Below are positions 1 to 9,259 of a stretch of 64,000 nt of DNA, one piece after another (the stretch's first letter is position 1; the number at the start of each line of letters is the position of its first letter). The notes beneath the pieces are model-generated. The model worked only from the letters and a program-made list of their open reading frames with translations, was not told the origin of the DNA and ran no database searches. The translations under genes were made by a program, and so were the position numbers. The stretch is taken from contig JAZDOD010000008.1 in assembly GCA_043798995.1 (NCBI GenBank), forward strand, positions 119,468-183,467, in the 5' to 3' direction. This DNA is from a bacterium (GTDB lineage Bacteria; Patescibacteriota; Patescibacteriia; JAACEG01; JAGUWE01).

Positions 1-1
1 A

Positions 2-862
2 AGTATTGTTAAAAATTCAAAAAAAAGGCCGGTTTTAGTAAGTTTTGTTGGCGGTAAAGCAATTGCCGCCGGAGAAAAAATTTTTATCAAACGAAAGATT
101 CCTTTTTTTGAATTCCCAAATCAGGCAGTTAAGGTTTTAGCCCAAGTTTGGCAGGCCGAATTAGCTAAAGAAAAAGCCGCTCAATTCTTTAAGAATTATA
201 AGGAGACCAAAACTTTACCTAAGACCAATAAAACAAAGCAGTTAAAACTTTTTGCCGCGGCCAAGATTCTTAAAAAATATAGTTTGCCTTTAATTAAATC
301 AGTTGCGGTTAATTCTTATAGAGAAGCGCAAAAACAAGCCCGCCTTTTGGGTTTACCGGTCGTTTTAAAAATTAATTCAGAGAAAATTGTTCATAAAACC
401 GAGGTCGGAGCGGTTTTGACAAGATTAATCAGCGACAAAGAAATAAAACAAGCTTTTTTAAAACTAAAAAAGAGATTTCCGCGCGAAGAAATAGTTATTC
501 AGCCGCAACCGAAGGGGTTAGAGCTTCTCTTGGGCTTTAAACGGGATGATAATTTTGGCTTAATTTTTATTTTCGGTTTGGGAGGGATTTATACGGAGGT
601 TCTTAAAGATGCAACCTTGCGTTTAAATTCCCTGGATAAAAAAGAAATTTTAGCCATGTTTAAAGAAACCAGAGCTTATAAGCTTTTGACAGGATATCGT
701 CATTGTGTTAAAGTCGATCTTAATGATTTGGCCAATCTTTTTCTTAGGATGGTACGTTTAGCCAATGAAAATCCGCAAATTTTAGAGTTTGATATTAATC
801 CGCTTATTATTAATGATAATCTTGCTAAAATCGTTGATATTAGGATTATAACAACTAACTGA
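2..862 (+). CDS. ADP-forming acetate/acyl-CoA ligase, C-terminal ATP-grasp part (5'-partial)
   Basis: Frame is open from the window edge; motifs PVVLKI..S..I.HKTEVGAV, FG.GGIYTEV.KD and EFDINPL. Confidence 0.85.
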   Translation, partial: SIVKNSKKRPVLVSFVGGKAIAAGEKIFIKRKIPFFEFPNQAVKVLAQVWQAELAKEKAAQFFKNYKETKTLPKTNKTKQLKLFAAAKILKKYSLPLIKSVAVNSYREAQKQARLLGLPVVLKINSEKIVHKTEVGAVLTRLISDKEIKQAFLKLKKRFPREEIVIQPQPKGLELLLGFKRDDNFGLIFIFGLGGIYTEVLKDATLRLNSLDKKEILAMFKETRAYKLLTGYRHCVKVDLNDLANLFLRMVRLANENPQILEFDINPLIINDNLAKIVDIRIITTN

Positions 863-871
863 ATTAATTTT

Positions 872-1096
872 ATGAAAGAAAAAATAATTAAGGAATTGGA
901 TTTGGTTAGAATTAATCTTCAGGCTCATGGCGGAGATGTGGAATTTGTTGATTTTGATGAAACTCAAGGCAAACTTCAAGTAAGATTAATTGGGGCTTGT
1001 CAGGGTTGTCCGATGGCAACTTTAACGCTTAAACAGGGCATTGAAAAACATTTTAAAAATAAGTTTAAAAAAATAAAAGAAGTTGAAGCAGTTTAA
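872..1096 (+). CDS. NifU-like Fe-S scaffold domain protein
   Basis: LQAHGGDVE...GACQGCP motif. Confidence 0.9.
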   Translation: MKEKIIKELDLVRINLQAHGGDVEFVDFDETQGKLQVRLIGACQGCPMATLTLKQGIEKHFKNKFKKIKEVEAV

Positions 1097-1120
1097 ATTT
1101 TAAGAATATTACTAATTATA

Positions 1121-1146
1121 AAACCGCCGAAAAGGCGGTTTTTTTT
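1121..1146. terminator. Bidirectional intrinsic terminator
   Basis: aaaccgcc-gaaa-aggcggtttttttt between convergent genes. Confidence 0.75.
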
Positions 1147-1168
1147 AAAATCATCTTTTTTAGAAAAA

Positions 1169-1459
1169 TCAATAAGGCTTAAAAGGATTTTTGAGATTTT
1201 CAAAATTAATTTCTTTTCCTTGTTGTTTTTTATTGAGATTTTCCGAGATTTTTTGATACAAATTTGTCTGAATGTCTTCGGTAAAGACAATCCCACTTTT
1301 CAAAGAGTTTATTTTTTCTATTTTTTGCAAAGAAAGATAGACATTCTGATATAAAAAATAACTAAAATAAGCCAGGGTAGAAATAAAAATTACTAATATC
1401 AAAAGATTTAAGTATCTGATTAACTGATAAAGTGAATTAATTTTAATTTTTAATTTCAT
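1169..1459 (-). CDS. Membrane-anchored protein, last gene of the pilMNO cluster
   Basis: N-terminal TM helix and C-terminal NPF motif; lies after pilO. Confidence 0.6.
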   Translation of the reverse strand: MKLKIKINSLYQLIRYLNLLILVIFISTLAYFSYFLYQNVYLSLQKIEKINSLKSGIVFTEDIQTNLYQKISENLNKKQQGKEINFENLKNPFKPY

Positions 1460-1468
1460 AAAAATAAA

Positions 1469-2035
1469 TTATTGCTCATAATAAATTTTACCGGAAAGCT
1501 CAACCGTCAAATTGCCAGAAGACTCGGTCGGTAAATAAAAATCAGATCTTGAGGTTGGGCCTGAGGCGATGTCACTGGCAGTCAGATTAACTAAACTCAC
1601 TATTAAATAGTAGTTTGTTCTGTCTAGTTCATTGATAAATTTGAGAATTTTATCAAACTCGCCGAATAAAGTTATTTTTACCGGCAAAAAACTTTCGCTG
1701 CCTTCATTTTGCAGAGTGCCGATATTTGGTATCTGCTCAATCTGATATTTATCCGCCAATATTTCAATTTTCTGAATAAAAGAGAGTTCATCACCTTTTT
1801 TAATAAAAATATCAGTTTTAGATAGTTCATTTTTGATTTTATTAAGATCGGTCAAACTTTCTTTGATATTATTAGTTTTTAATTTTTTGCCTTCAAGCGA
1901 GAAAAGCTCGTCGTTCATATCTGCATTTATCTTTTTAATTTCGCCGTAAAAAGGCCAAATGACAAAATAACAAAGACCGCCGATAATGGCTAAAAGAGGA
2001 ATAAGATAATAAATTGTGCTTTTAATTTTGGCCAT
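1469..2035 (-). CDS. pilO: Type IV pilus assembly protein PilO-like
   Basis: TM helix, coiled coil and G.F..IL.FI..L motif; synteny. Confidence 0.75.
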   Translation of the reverse strand: MAKIKSTIYYLIPLLAIIGGLCYFVIWPFYGEIKKINADMNDELFSLEGKKLKTNNIKESLTDLNKIKNELSKTDIFIKKGDELSFIQKIEILADKYQIEQIPNIGTLQNEGSESFLPVKITLFGEFDKILKFINELDRTNYYLIVSLVNLTASDIASGPTSRSDFYLPTESSGNLTVELSGKIYYEQ

Positions 2036-2050
2036 TTTAAAAGTTTTGAT

Positions 2051-2608
2051 TTAAAGATTAAAAACATCATTTTTTAGTTTGGCCATAAGCTGGAAATCAA
2101 TATTTTCTTTCTTGAGAAGATTACTGATCGGAAAGTCAACTTCACTAAAGCCGTTAGTTTGATTTAAATTAGTTTTAAGATCTAGGAGATCTTTTCTATT
2201 TTTAGCTCGGCCGTTGAGAGAAATCAGCCAGTAATAATTTTTATTTTCTTCTTTTTTTTCAATTTTAAGATTAGTCAGAAAAATATTTTCCGGCACAATT
2301 TTAATTAGAAAATCAATTTTTTCTGCCACGGGATTATAATCAGACTGAATTTTATTTATTAATTTAAGTTTATTATTTAATTCTTTAATATCCTGATTGA
2401 AACTGCTGAATTTTTTATTTCCATTTTCAGAAATTAATTGACTGTAGTTATTATTAAGAAGATATTTGCCAACACCAAGGCCCAAGCTGATAATAAAAAT
2501 CAAAAGAAAAATAAAAATAAAGAGTTTTTCAAAAAGCAGATGACTGCGTTTTTGTTCAATATGGATTCGCTGTTCAGCCGAAATTAGATTAAGATTAAGG
2601 TTAATCAT
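2051..2608 (-). CDS. pilN: Type IV pilus assembly protein PilN-like
   Basis: INLNL N-terminus, TM helix, P..I.LT.L and L.G.A..R motifs. Confidence 0.75.
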   Translation of the reverse strand: MINLNLNLISAEQRIHIEQKRSHLLFEKLFIFIFLLIFIISLGLGVGKYLLNNNYSQLISENGNKKFSSFNQDIKELNNKLKLINKIQSDYNPVAEKIDFLIKIVPENIFLTNLKIEKKEENKNYYWLISLNGRAKNRKDLLDLKTNLNQTNGFSEVDFPISNLLKKENIDFQLMAKLKNDVFNL

Positions 2609-2616
2609 ATAAGTTT

Positions 2617-3711
2617 TTAGTAAATCAGATTTTTATCATGCACGCCCCTCAAGGCTAAGCCAAGCGCAGTAGTAAATTTAAGAGCCAAGCATTGATCGAA
2701 GGACTTATAAGTTCTGCCAATATTAACAAGGGGATTAGCTTTTTTGATATTTTTACCCAAAACAGTTTTTAGATTTTCTTCCAAGCCGCTTAAATTGGCT
2801 CCGCCTCCGCAAATGACAAGCTCGTTTATTTCTTGAGCTTCGGTAAAATGGTCTTTATAAAAGTTAATCGCTTCTTTTATTTTTTGGATTAAATGTTTGG
2901 TATTATCAGTCAATATTTCAGTTAAAATTGTCTGACATTCTTTATTTATACTACAAACAATTTTGGCTTTCTCGGCTTGTTCAAGAGAAATATTTAGGCG
3001 TTTGGCAATAGTTTCGGTTAAAATTTTGCCGGAAATCGGCAAACTGACGGTAAATTTTATATTATTCTGATCAAAAATAATAAGACTCGTTCTGACTCGG
3101 CCAAAGTCAATAATCATTTTTGCCCCGACATCTTGATTTTTATTGATCGGAAAAAGACTGCGGATGATTGCCATTGATTCAATTTCCAAAGCCACCGGTT
3201 CAAAACCGCAATATTTTAGCACCCCCAGATAATTATTAACTATGCTTTTGGGAGCAGCGCCAATCAGAATTTCAGTTGAGTTAGCGGTTTTACTAACTAC
3301 TTGCCAGTCCAGATATATTTCCTTGATTGGCAGGGGAATGTGTTCTTCGGTTTCGCGGCTGATTATCTCCGGAATTATTAACTCGCCTTTATCATATTTT
3401 TTTTCTTTAAGTTCCGAGCTTTCCGATTCAATTTTAATCCATTTAATAAATGTTTTCGGCTCAGGCAGAACCGAAATTACATTTTTGGTTTTAATTTTTT
3501 TGCCATTGATTTTCTTAAAAAGCAATTCCACACTTTTTTTGAATTGTTCCTGGTCTCGAATTTCGCCATGCTGAATACAGCCCTCCGGCAGATCTACGCT
3601 GCTAAAAGAAGTTAATTTAACAATTTTGCCGATTTTTTTTAGCTGAACTAATTTTAAAGTTAGTTCTCCAATATCCAGAGCAAAGGGCAAATTTTTTAAT
3701 ATTAAGGACAT
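2617..3711 (-). CDS. pilM: Type IV pilus assembly protein PilM
   Basis: Actin-like fold: ALDIG, IIDFG..RT, ICGGGA, TALGLALR. Confidence 0.93.
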   Translation of the reverse strand: MSLILKNLPFALDIGELTLKLVQLKKIGKIVKLTSFSSVDLPEGCIQHGEIRDQEQFKKSVELLFKKINGKKIKTKNVISVLPEPKTFIKWIKIESESSELKEKKYDKGELIIPEIISRETEEHIPLPIKEIYLDWQVVSKTANSTEILIGAAPKSIVNNYLGVLKYCGFEPVALEIESMAIIRSLFPINKNQDVGAKMIIDFGRVRTSLIIFDQNNIKFTVSLPISGKILTETIAKRLNISLEQAEKAKIVCSINKECQTILTEILTDNTKHLIQKIKEAINFYKDHFTEAQEINELVICGGGANLSGLEENLKTVLGKNIKKANPLVNIGRTYKSFDQCLALKFTTALGLALRGVHDKNLIY

Positions 3712-3715
3712 AATT

Positions 3716-5176
3716 TTAGGGATTAAGTTCGCGCCATGAAATAAAAGTATATTCGCCGGATGTAGGAAAGGAGGGCGGCGGACTAAAAGTTAAGTGACCA
3801 TCGTAGGTAATGGTTCGGTTTTGATAACCCGAGCAGTAAGTTTCTCCGCAACTCCAGCTAAAACCATAACGGTTGTAAGTTGCCAGCGAACCGTATAAAG
3901 CGATTGAGTTTCTTTCATAATAAGTTGAGCTGCAACTTGAAGTAAAATAATAGCGGCCGATTCTGCCACTTTTGGCCACCAGCGAAGCGTCAATTTCCAA
4001 ATTGTCGTCACTGTATAAACCAACGGTAATGTTGCGCTGGGCAATTAAACCCAAAACATCAGAGCCGTTTTTATTAGTATACAATAAATTATGATTGATG
4101 ATAATATCAGCATCGCCGCTAGCCAAAGGTTCTCGGGCCGCTACCAAAGTAAGGCGGCTATTATTAATTTGGCCGTCAACCCAAACCTTATCTTCAATAA
4201 AGATTATGCCATTAGCCGGCAGAGGTTCGCCTAATTGAGGATTGTTCATAGTTTGGGCAATGCCGTCGGTATCGGTACTGCCACAAGTGTCTGTAACCGT
4301 TTTTACTATATAAATATCTACGGTTTGATTGGAATTAAAGTGCAGCCAATAACCGCGTTTGTTGGATTTATCAAGATAGAGTCCGTTGTTTTTAGCCAAT
4401 GTTTTTAAATCAGCCAGATTAGTAGTAAAGCCGTTAAAATCAACTGTGGTTACAGGAAATTTTCGGCCGGCTTGAAAAACATCCGTTCTTTGGGGGACAG
4501 CGGCTGGTGGTTGCGGGTCTTGAGGAGCAGTATGAGTATGGACTCCGAATTCAGTTTGGCTGTCATCTGGATCAACATAAGTTTGTCTGGCGCTGGTAAC
4601 AATATTGTGTGCCACGCCGTCAAATCTAATGCCGCCATTGGAATGAATCGGGCCATAGGTTTGGGTGCCGCTGCCAAAACGCATATCGGCATTTGCCACC
4701 ACAGCATAGGCAGAGAGCGCCGGAATGCCGTATTGAGCCAGAATTATTCGCTTGATATTTGGATAACTCAAAAGCCAGCCGGTTGATTGAATTGAAACAA
4801 TGGTAGTGTTAGGCATAGGCGTGATAATTAAGCTGAATTGGCCGATGATGTTGCCCTGAGGGTCGCGAAAATCATGGACATAAGGGCCGGCTCCGCCGGT
4901 TCCGTCCTGAAAATCGTCTGGTTCGTGCGCTAAATGCCAGCGGTAATAATTAATGCCGGCTTCAGCCACATGAATCGCTTGGGCTTTGGCTACTTTGTAT
5001 TTATTCAACTTATACTGATAAACCACCAGCGAAAGCAATCCGCCGGCTAAAATGATGAAGATGGAGGTGAAAACGAGAAGGGAAACCAAGATAGCTCCTT
5101 GATTAATAACTTCTGACTTCTGACTTTTTCCGCCAGAGGCGGATCCGCCTTTGGCGGAGACTTTTGACTTTATCAT
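3716..5176 (-). CDS. PilX-like minor pilin (N-terminus carries an in-frame repeat insertion)
   Basis: QGAILVSLL hydrophobic helix and A...AEAGINY motif. Confidence 0.75.
   Translation of the reverse strand: MIKSKVSAKGGSASGGKSQKSEVINQGAILVSLLVFTSIFIILAGGLLSLVVYQYKLNKYKVAKAQAIHVAEAGINYYRWHLAHEPDDFQDGTGGAGPYVHDFRDPQGNIIGQFSLIITPMPNTTIVSIQSTGWLLSYPNIKRIILAQYGIPALSAYAVVANADMRFGSGTQTYGPIHSNGGIRFDGVAHNIVTSARQTYVDPDDSQTEFGVHTHTAPQDPQPPAAVPQRTDVFQAGRKFPVTTVDFNGFTTNLADLKTLAKNNGLYLDKSNKRGYWLHFNSNQTVDIYIVKTVTDTCGSTDTDGIAQTMNNPQLGEPLPANGIIFIEDKVWVDGQINNSRLTLVAAREPLASGDADIIINHNLLYTNKNGSDVLGLIAQRNITVGLYSDDNLEIDASLVAKSGRIGRYYFTSSCSSTYYERNSIALYGSLATYNRYGFSWSCGETYCSGYQNRTITYDGHLTFSPPPSFPTSGEYTFISWRELNP
5129..5158. 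repeat. 30-bp double-hairpin element in frame (encodes SAKGGSASGG)
   Basis: tccgccagaggcgga-tccgcctttggcgga; related copy at 34417-34446. Confidence 0.85.
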
Positions 5177-5778
5177 AAATTGTCTTTCAAATTTCTAATT
5201 TGAATATCGGTTTCTAAATTATATTGCTGGGGTGATTTGCCGGGCTTGATATCAACTTTAAGGTAAGCGTGGACTAATCTGATTAAATTTTTGTCAATTG
5301 GTTGAGTTAATTGGTTGTTGCTACCATCAAAATAAGTAAAGATCGGAGTTGTTAGATTATTGACATAGCCGGCAATAAGAGTAATAACCTCGTTTTGGAC
5401 AAGATATTCGGCCGGCGAGCCGGTTGGGTCAATCACCCCTTTATTTAAATCAGTGCCGTTTAAAAAATAACGGACCCGTTCGGCCGAGCCATCACCATCA
5501 ATGTCAGAATAAAAAGTCAGGTTCTGCGCACCGGCATCCTCAATTAAATAGTCGCCGCGGTCGCTGGCAATTGCTTCGCGGATTTCCTTGGTCATAACTT
5601 CCAAACCATCGCGGGCGCTTTTGACTTGATAATCCAATTCAGAGCCAAAAGTACTGATCCGATAACCCTGAATAAAAAATGCCGTTGCCATACCAACAAC
5701 CATAACAAAAATACCAAGACTGATTATCATTTCTAAAAGAGTAAATCCAGCTTGATTTTTTAAAATTTTTAAATTCAT
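5173..5778 (-). CDS. Prepilin-type N-terminal cleavage/methylation protein (PilW-like)
   Basis: GFTLLE class III signal peptide. Confidence 0.85.
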   Translation of the reverse strand: MNLKILKNQAGFTLLEMIISLGIFVMVVGMATAFFIQGYRISTFGSELDYQVKSARDGLEVMTKEIREAIASDRGDYLIEDAGAQNLTFYSDIDGDGSAERVRYFLNGTDLNKGVIDPTGSPAEYLVQNEVITLIAGYVNNLTTPIFTYFDGSNNQLTQPIDKNLIRLVHAYLKVDIKPGKSPQQYNLETDIQIRNLKDNL

Positions 5779-7968
5779 TTAATTAAGGTTTAAATAAATT
5801 GTCTGGGAAGAATTAGGCAGGAGATTAATCGGTTGGACCGGATTACTTAATTTAATGGTATAACCGCCGGTAGTGGCAATGGTGTAAAGATCCCATTCCA
5901 TAGTATTTAAAAGCAGACGACCATCGCTGTCGGTTGAAAGACTGTTGTCGGAGTATTTATGAATATCCGGATCAGTGCCGATTAATTTAGCGCCGGTAAT
6001 AGCAAGAGGAACACTGCCGACATAAGTGATTTCCTGCGGCGCTTCAAACTTGGCAGCATAAATATTAAAATTATTATTGCGGTTATCTTGCCAGGTAACA
6101 TAAACAGTGCCGCTGGAATCAACAGCCAAACTGGCTGAATATTGGTCAGTGGCCGTATTATCAGTGTTGACTCTTAAATCCGACTCCCATTGCTTGACAC
6201 CATCCAGATTATATTTTTGGGCATAAACGTCGCGATTGCCTTGGCGTTCGTCAGTCCAGGCAAAATAAACAAAATTGCCGCTGACTATAATTGAGGAATA
6301 ATATTGATCAGTCGCAGTGCTGTCGGTATTAATTTTAATGTCCGAACCCCAGAGGTTGGTGCCGTCCGGGCTGTATTTTTGAGCGTAAATATTTTGATTG
6401 CCATCGCGCCAGTCAGTCCAGCTAAAATAGATGTTGCCATTTGAGTCAAAGTCAAAACTCGTAAAATTTTGTGCGGCCGTGCCCGAGTCGGTATTAATTT
6501 TTAAATCATTAGCCCAGAGTTTAGTGCCGGCTGAATCAAATTTTTGGGAATAAATATCCTGATTGCCAGCCCGACTGTCAGTCCAGGCGACATAGACATT
6601 GTTATCGCTGTCAATTTTAAGATAGGGGTTAATCTGGCAATTGCCCGGGCTGTCGCTCGTGGCTTTAACTTCAGCTGCCCAGCCATTATTGCCAGCGGGC
6701 GTGATTTTGTGAAGATAAATGTCGCCGCAATCATCACGATCATCCTGCCAGACAACATAGCAATTATTGGCGCCGTCAACATCAATAATGGGCAAAATCT
6801 GATCAGCTGAATTAGCGCCGGTATCAATTTTTTTAGAGCCAGACCAGAGATCATTGCCGTTAGCGTCCCTCTTGATTAAGAAAACATCCTGATTGCCATT
6901 AACATCATCGTTCCAGGCGTAATAAATATTATTTTGCGAATCTAAAGCCATGTCCGGATTAACCTGGTTAACGGCGCTGGAAACGCGCGCATCCGGGCTC
7001 CAGCCCGGCGTTTCATCAGTTTTATATTTTTGAGAATAAATTCTGGGTGAGTTAGCCGAATCGCGATAATCTTCCCAAGCAAAATACATATTGCCCAGAG
7101 AATCAATTTCCAAAGTCGGGTTATAATGAGAGGCGCCGGAGCTATCGGTGTTGATTTGCCAATTGTCAGGCAAAGCTTGGCGCATGGTATAAATTGTTAA
7201 ACTACTGACTAAATCAATGGCAAAACTAATGTCGGTTTTTTGGCCGGCAAAAACCGAAGCGTGGGGTTTGGTGGGATTGGGATTTTGTATTGTTCGATCA
7301 TAAGTTTGATCAGTGCTATAACCGGTTTTGGTGACAGTAACTTTATAGCTTTCAATTGAAGCCGGAGCGCCGGGAAAGATGGCATGGCCTTCGGCGTTGG
7401 TTAAAACGTCAATTAAAATTTGTGGATTGACAGCGGAATTTTCAATATGGACATTAGCGCCGTTAATTGGATTGCCGTTAGCATTAAAAACAGTAATGTA
7501 TAATGTGCCGCCGCCGAGATTAGTTTCAATGCCTTTGGGGGCAATATCAGAAATTATTGCAACCGAACTGCCTAAATAACTTTGCCAACTAACATTGATT
7601 CTGACGCGCTTGTAATCATTGCCTAATAAATCAGCAGGAACTCCGCCAACCGTGCCATCGAAAGGATCGTCAATATAAATAACTTGGGTAGAAACAGTGT
7701 AGGTAACGCCATTTCTGATTATTTGTTCAGTTTGCGCAATACTGCCTGACGGGATACCGCCCTGAGTGCCAACACTGTTGTAGGGAAGGTTGCGGATTCG
7801 TTCCATTTTTTCATTAGCCAGAGAAATAGCGCCGATTCTGGATTTATTGGTGCCGATTATTTTCAGGGCATAATCAAACATATTAAAAATTGCCAAAACC
7901 AAAAGACTGGCAACAAAAATAGTGATAAGAACCTCAATAAGAGTAAAGCCGTAATTTTTTTTTCTCAT
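5779..7968 (-). CDS. Large minor pilin/adhesin: pilin N-terminus, Ig-like domain and beta-propeller-type repeats
   Basis: GFTLIE signal; about 7 repeats of W.D.R.GN.DIYAQK. Confidence 0.8.
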   Translation of the reverse strand: MRKKNYGFTLIEVLITIFVASLLVLAIFNMFDYALKIIGTNKSRIGAISLANEKMERIRNLPYNSVGTQGGIPSGSIAQTEQIIRNGVTYTVSTQVIYIDDPFDGTVGGVPADLLGNDYKRVRINVSWQSYLGSSVAIISDIAPKGIETNLGGGTLYITVFNANGNPINGANVHIENSAVNPQILIDVLTNAEGHAIFPGAPASIESYKVTVTKTGYSTDQTYDRTIQNPNPTKPHASVFAGQKTDISFAIDLVSSLTIYTMRQALPDNWQINTDSSGASHYNPTLEIDSLGNMYFAWEDYRDSANSPRIYSQKYKTDETPGWSPDARVSSAVNQVNPDMALDSQNNIYYAWNDDVNGNQDVFLIKRDANGNDLWSGSKKIDTGANSADQILPIIDVDGANNCYVVWQDDRDDCGDIYLHKITPAGNNGWAAEVKATSDSPGNCQINPYLKIDSDNNVYVAWTDSRAGNQDIYSQKFDSAGTKLWANDLKINTDSGTAAQNFTSFDFDSNGNIYFSWTDWRDGNQNIYAQKYSPDGTNLWGSDIKINTDSTATDQYYSSIIVSGNFVYFAWTDERQGNRDVYAQKYNLDGVKQWESDLRVNTDNTATDQYSASLAVDSSGTVYVTWQDNRNNNFNIYAAKFEAPQEITYVGSVPLAITGAKLIGTDPDIHKYSDNSLSTDSDGRLLLNTMEWDLYTIATTGGYTIKLSNPVQPINLLPNSSQTIYLNLN

Positions 7969-7971
7969 TTT

Positions 7972-8096
7972 TATAAAATTTAAAATTAAAAATCAAATAT
8001 AAAAAATTTAAAACACATATTTAAAAATAAAAAAATAATTTTTGCATTTTTGGTTTGCATTTTTTGTTTTTGAAATTTTATATTTTATTTTTCAGT
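7972..8096. repeat. Degenerate inverted AT-rich ~7-mer repeat tract
   Basis: A-rich left arm (aaaatt/aaaatc units) mirrored by a T-rich right arm. Confidence 0.5.
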
Positions 8097-8100
8097 ATTT

Positions 8101-9165
8101 TTATATTGCTTGCGTTAACGAATACATCGGCATGATGACAGCAATAGCCATGCCAGCCACGGCCACGCCCAAAATAAGAATTAATACCGGTTCAATTATT
8201 GAAGGCAAATTTTTCATAATTTGATCAATGTCGTTTTCATAAAATTCAGCCAACTCTTCTAAAACATTATCAAGACTGCCGGTTTGTTCGCCAACGAGAA
8301 TCATCTGGGTGACAACCGGCGGAAAAAGAGATCCATTTTTCTTTAGTAATTCTCCCAAAGAAATACCTTTGGTAACGCTGCGCGAAGCTTTAAGCACTTC
8401 TTCTTTGTATAAAACATTGCCTAAGATATTGGCCGTGATATCAAGAGTTTGCATAATCGGAATATCAGTTTTTAAAAGGGAAGAGAAAGTGCGGGAAAAG
8501 CGGGCTAAATTTATTTTTTTGATTATCGACGCAATAATAGGTAGTCGTAAAAGTATTGAATGAAAAATATATTTGCCGCGTTTGGTTGAAATTAATTTGA
8601 AGAAAAAATAAATTAACCCGATCAAGGCAATAATAACAACCAGATAATTTTGGATAACAAACTCGCTGGTCGCCATAAGAACCCGGGTTGGCAAAGGCAA
8701 AGTTACCTCCGCTTCTTTAAAGACAGCCGTAATTTTGGGAATGACAAAAACTATCATTAAAGTGCCAATGACAATCATGGCAAAAACTACCACGGCCGGA
8801 TAAATCATCGCGCCTTTGACCTTGGAACGAAGTTCATGATCTTTTTTCATCTGAATATAGATTCGGCGCAGGACATTTTCCAACTGGCCGCTGGCTTCCC
8901 CGGCTTTAATCATATTGACAAAAAGATTGTCAAAAACACGGTTGTATTTGGCCAAATGATTGGAAAGCGGTTCACCCTTTTCCACCCCTTGAGTAATATC
9001 AACAATGATTTCTTTAAATCGTTTGTTTTCGGTTTGAAGCGAAAGCGTTTTTAAAGCCTCGGCCAGTGAAATCCCTGCTTTAAGCATTACTTCTAAGTGC
9101 TGGACGAAAAAAATTTTCTCTTTGACAGGAATTCGTTTAAACTTTTTTAAAAAATTTAATTGCAT
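8101..9165 (-). CDS. pilC: Type IV pilus platform protein PilC (T2SS F family)
   Basis: AGE.SG.L, A..YP, GEQTG.LD and IEP motifs. Confidence 0.93.
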   Translation of the reverse strand: MQLNFLKKFKRIPVKEKIFFVQHLEVMLKAGISLAEALKTLSLQTENKRFKEIIVDITQGVEKGEPLSNHLAKYNRVFDNLFVNMIKAGEASGQLENVLRRIYIQMKKDHELRSKVKGAMIYPAVVVFAMIVIGTLMIVFVIPKITAVFKEAEVTLPLPTRVLMATSEFVIQNYLVVIIALIGLIYFFFKLISTKRGKYIFHSILLRLPIIASIIKKINLARFSRTFSSLLKTDIPIMQTLDITANILGNVLYKEEVLKASRSVTKGISLGELLKKNGSLFPPVVTQMILVGEQTGSLDNVLEELAEFYENDIDQIMKNLPSIIEPVLILILGVAVAGMAIAVIMPMYSLTQAI

Positions 9166-9177
9166 AAAGACAATAAA

Positions 9178-9257
9178 TTTTTATTATCAAGCGAGCGAGA
9201 CCCACCAAAGTTTTTGAAAAAAATTTAGGCGGGCGAGCGAGCGCTGATATCAAAGGG
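9178..9257 (-). repeat. Dispersed intergenic element with a nested hairpin; second copy at 52698-52812
   Basis: Shared ends ccc(t)ttgatatcagcgctcgc ... tcgctcgcttgataataaaaa. Confidence 0.8.
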
Positions 9258-9259
9258 TC

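Noticed and set aside
5900-7200. Protein repeats in the large pilin as a diversity-generating retroelement target
   Set aside because: No reverse transcriptase and no near-identical template/variable repeat pair differing at adenines
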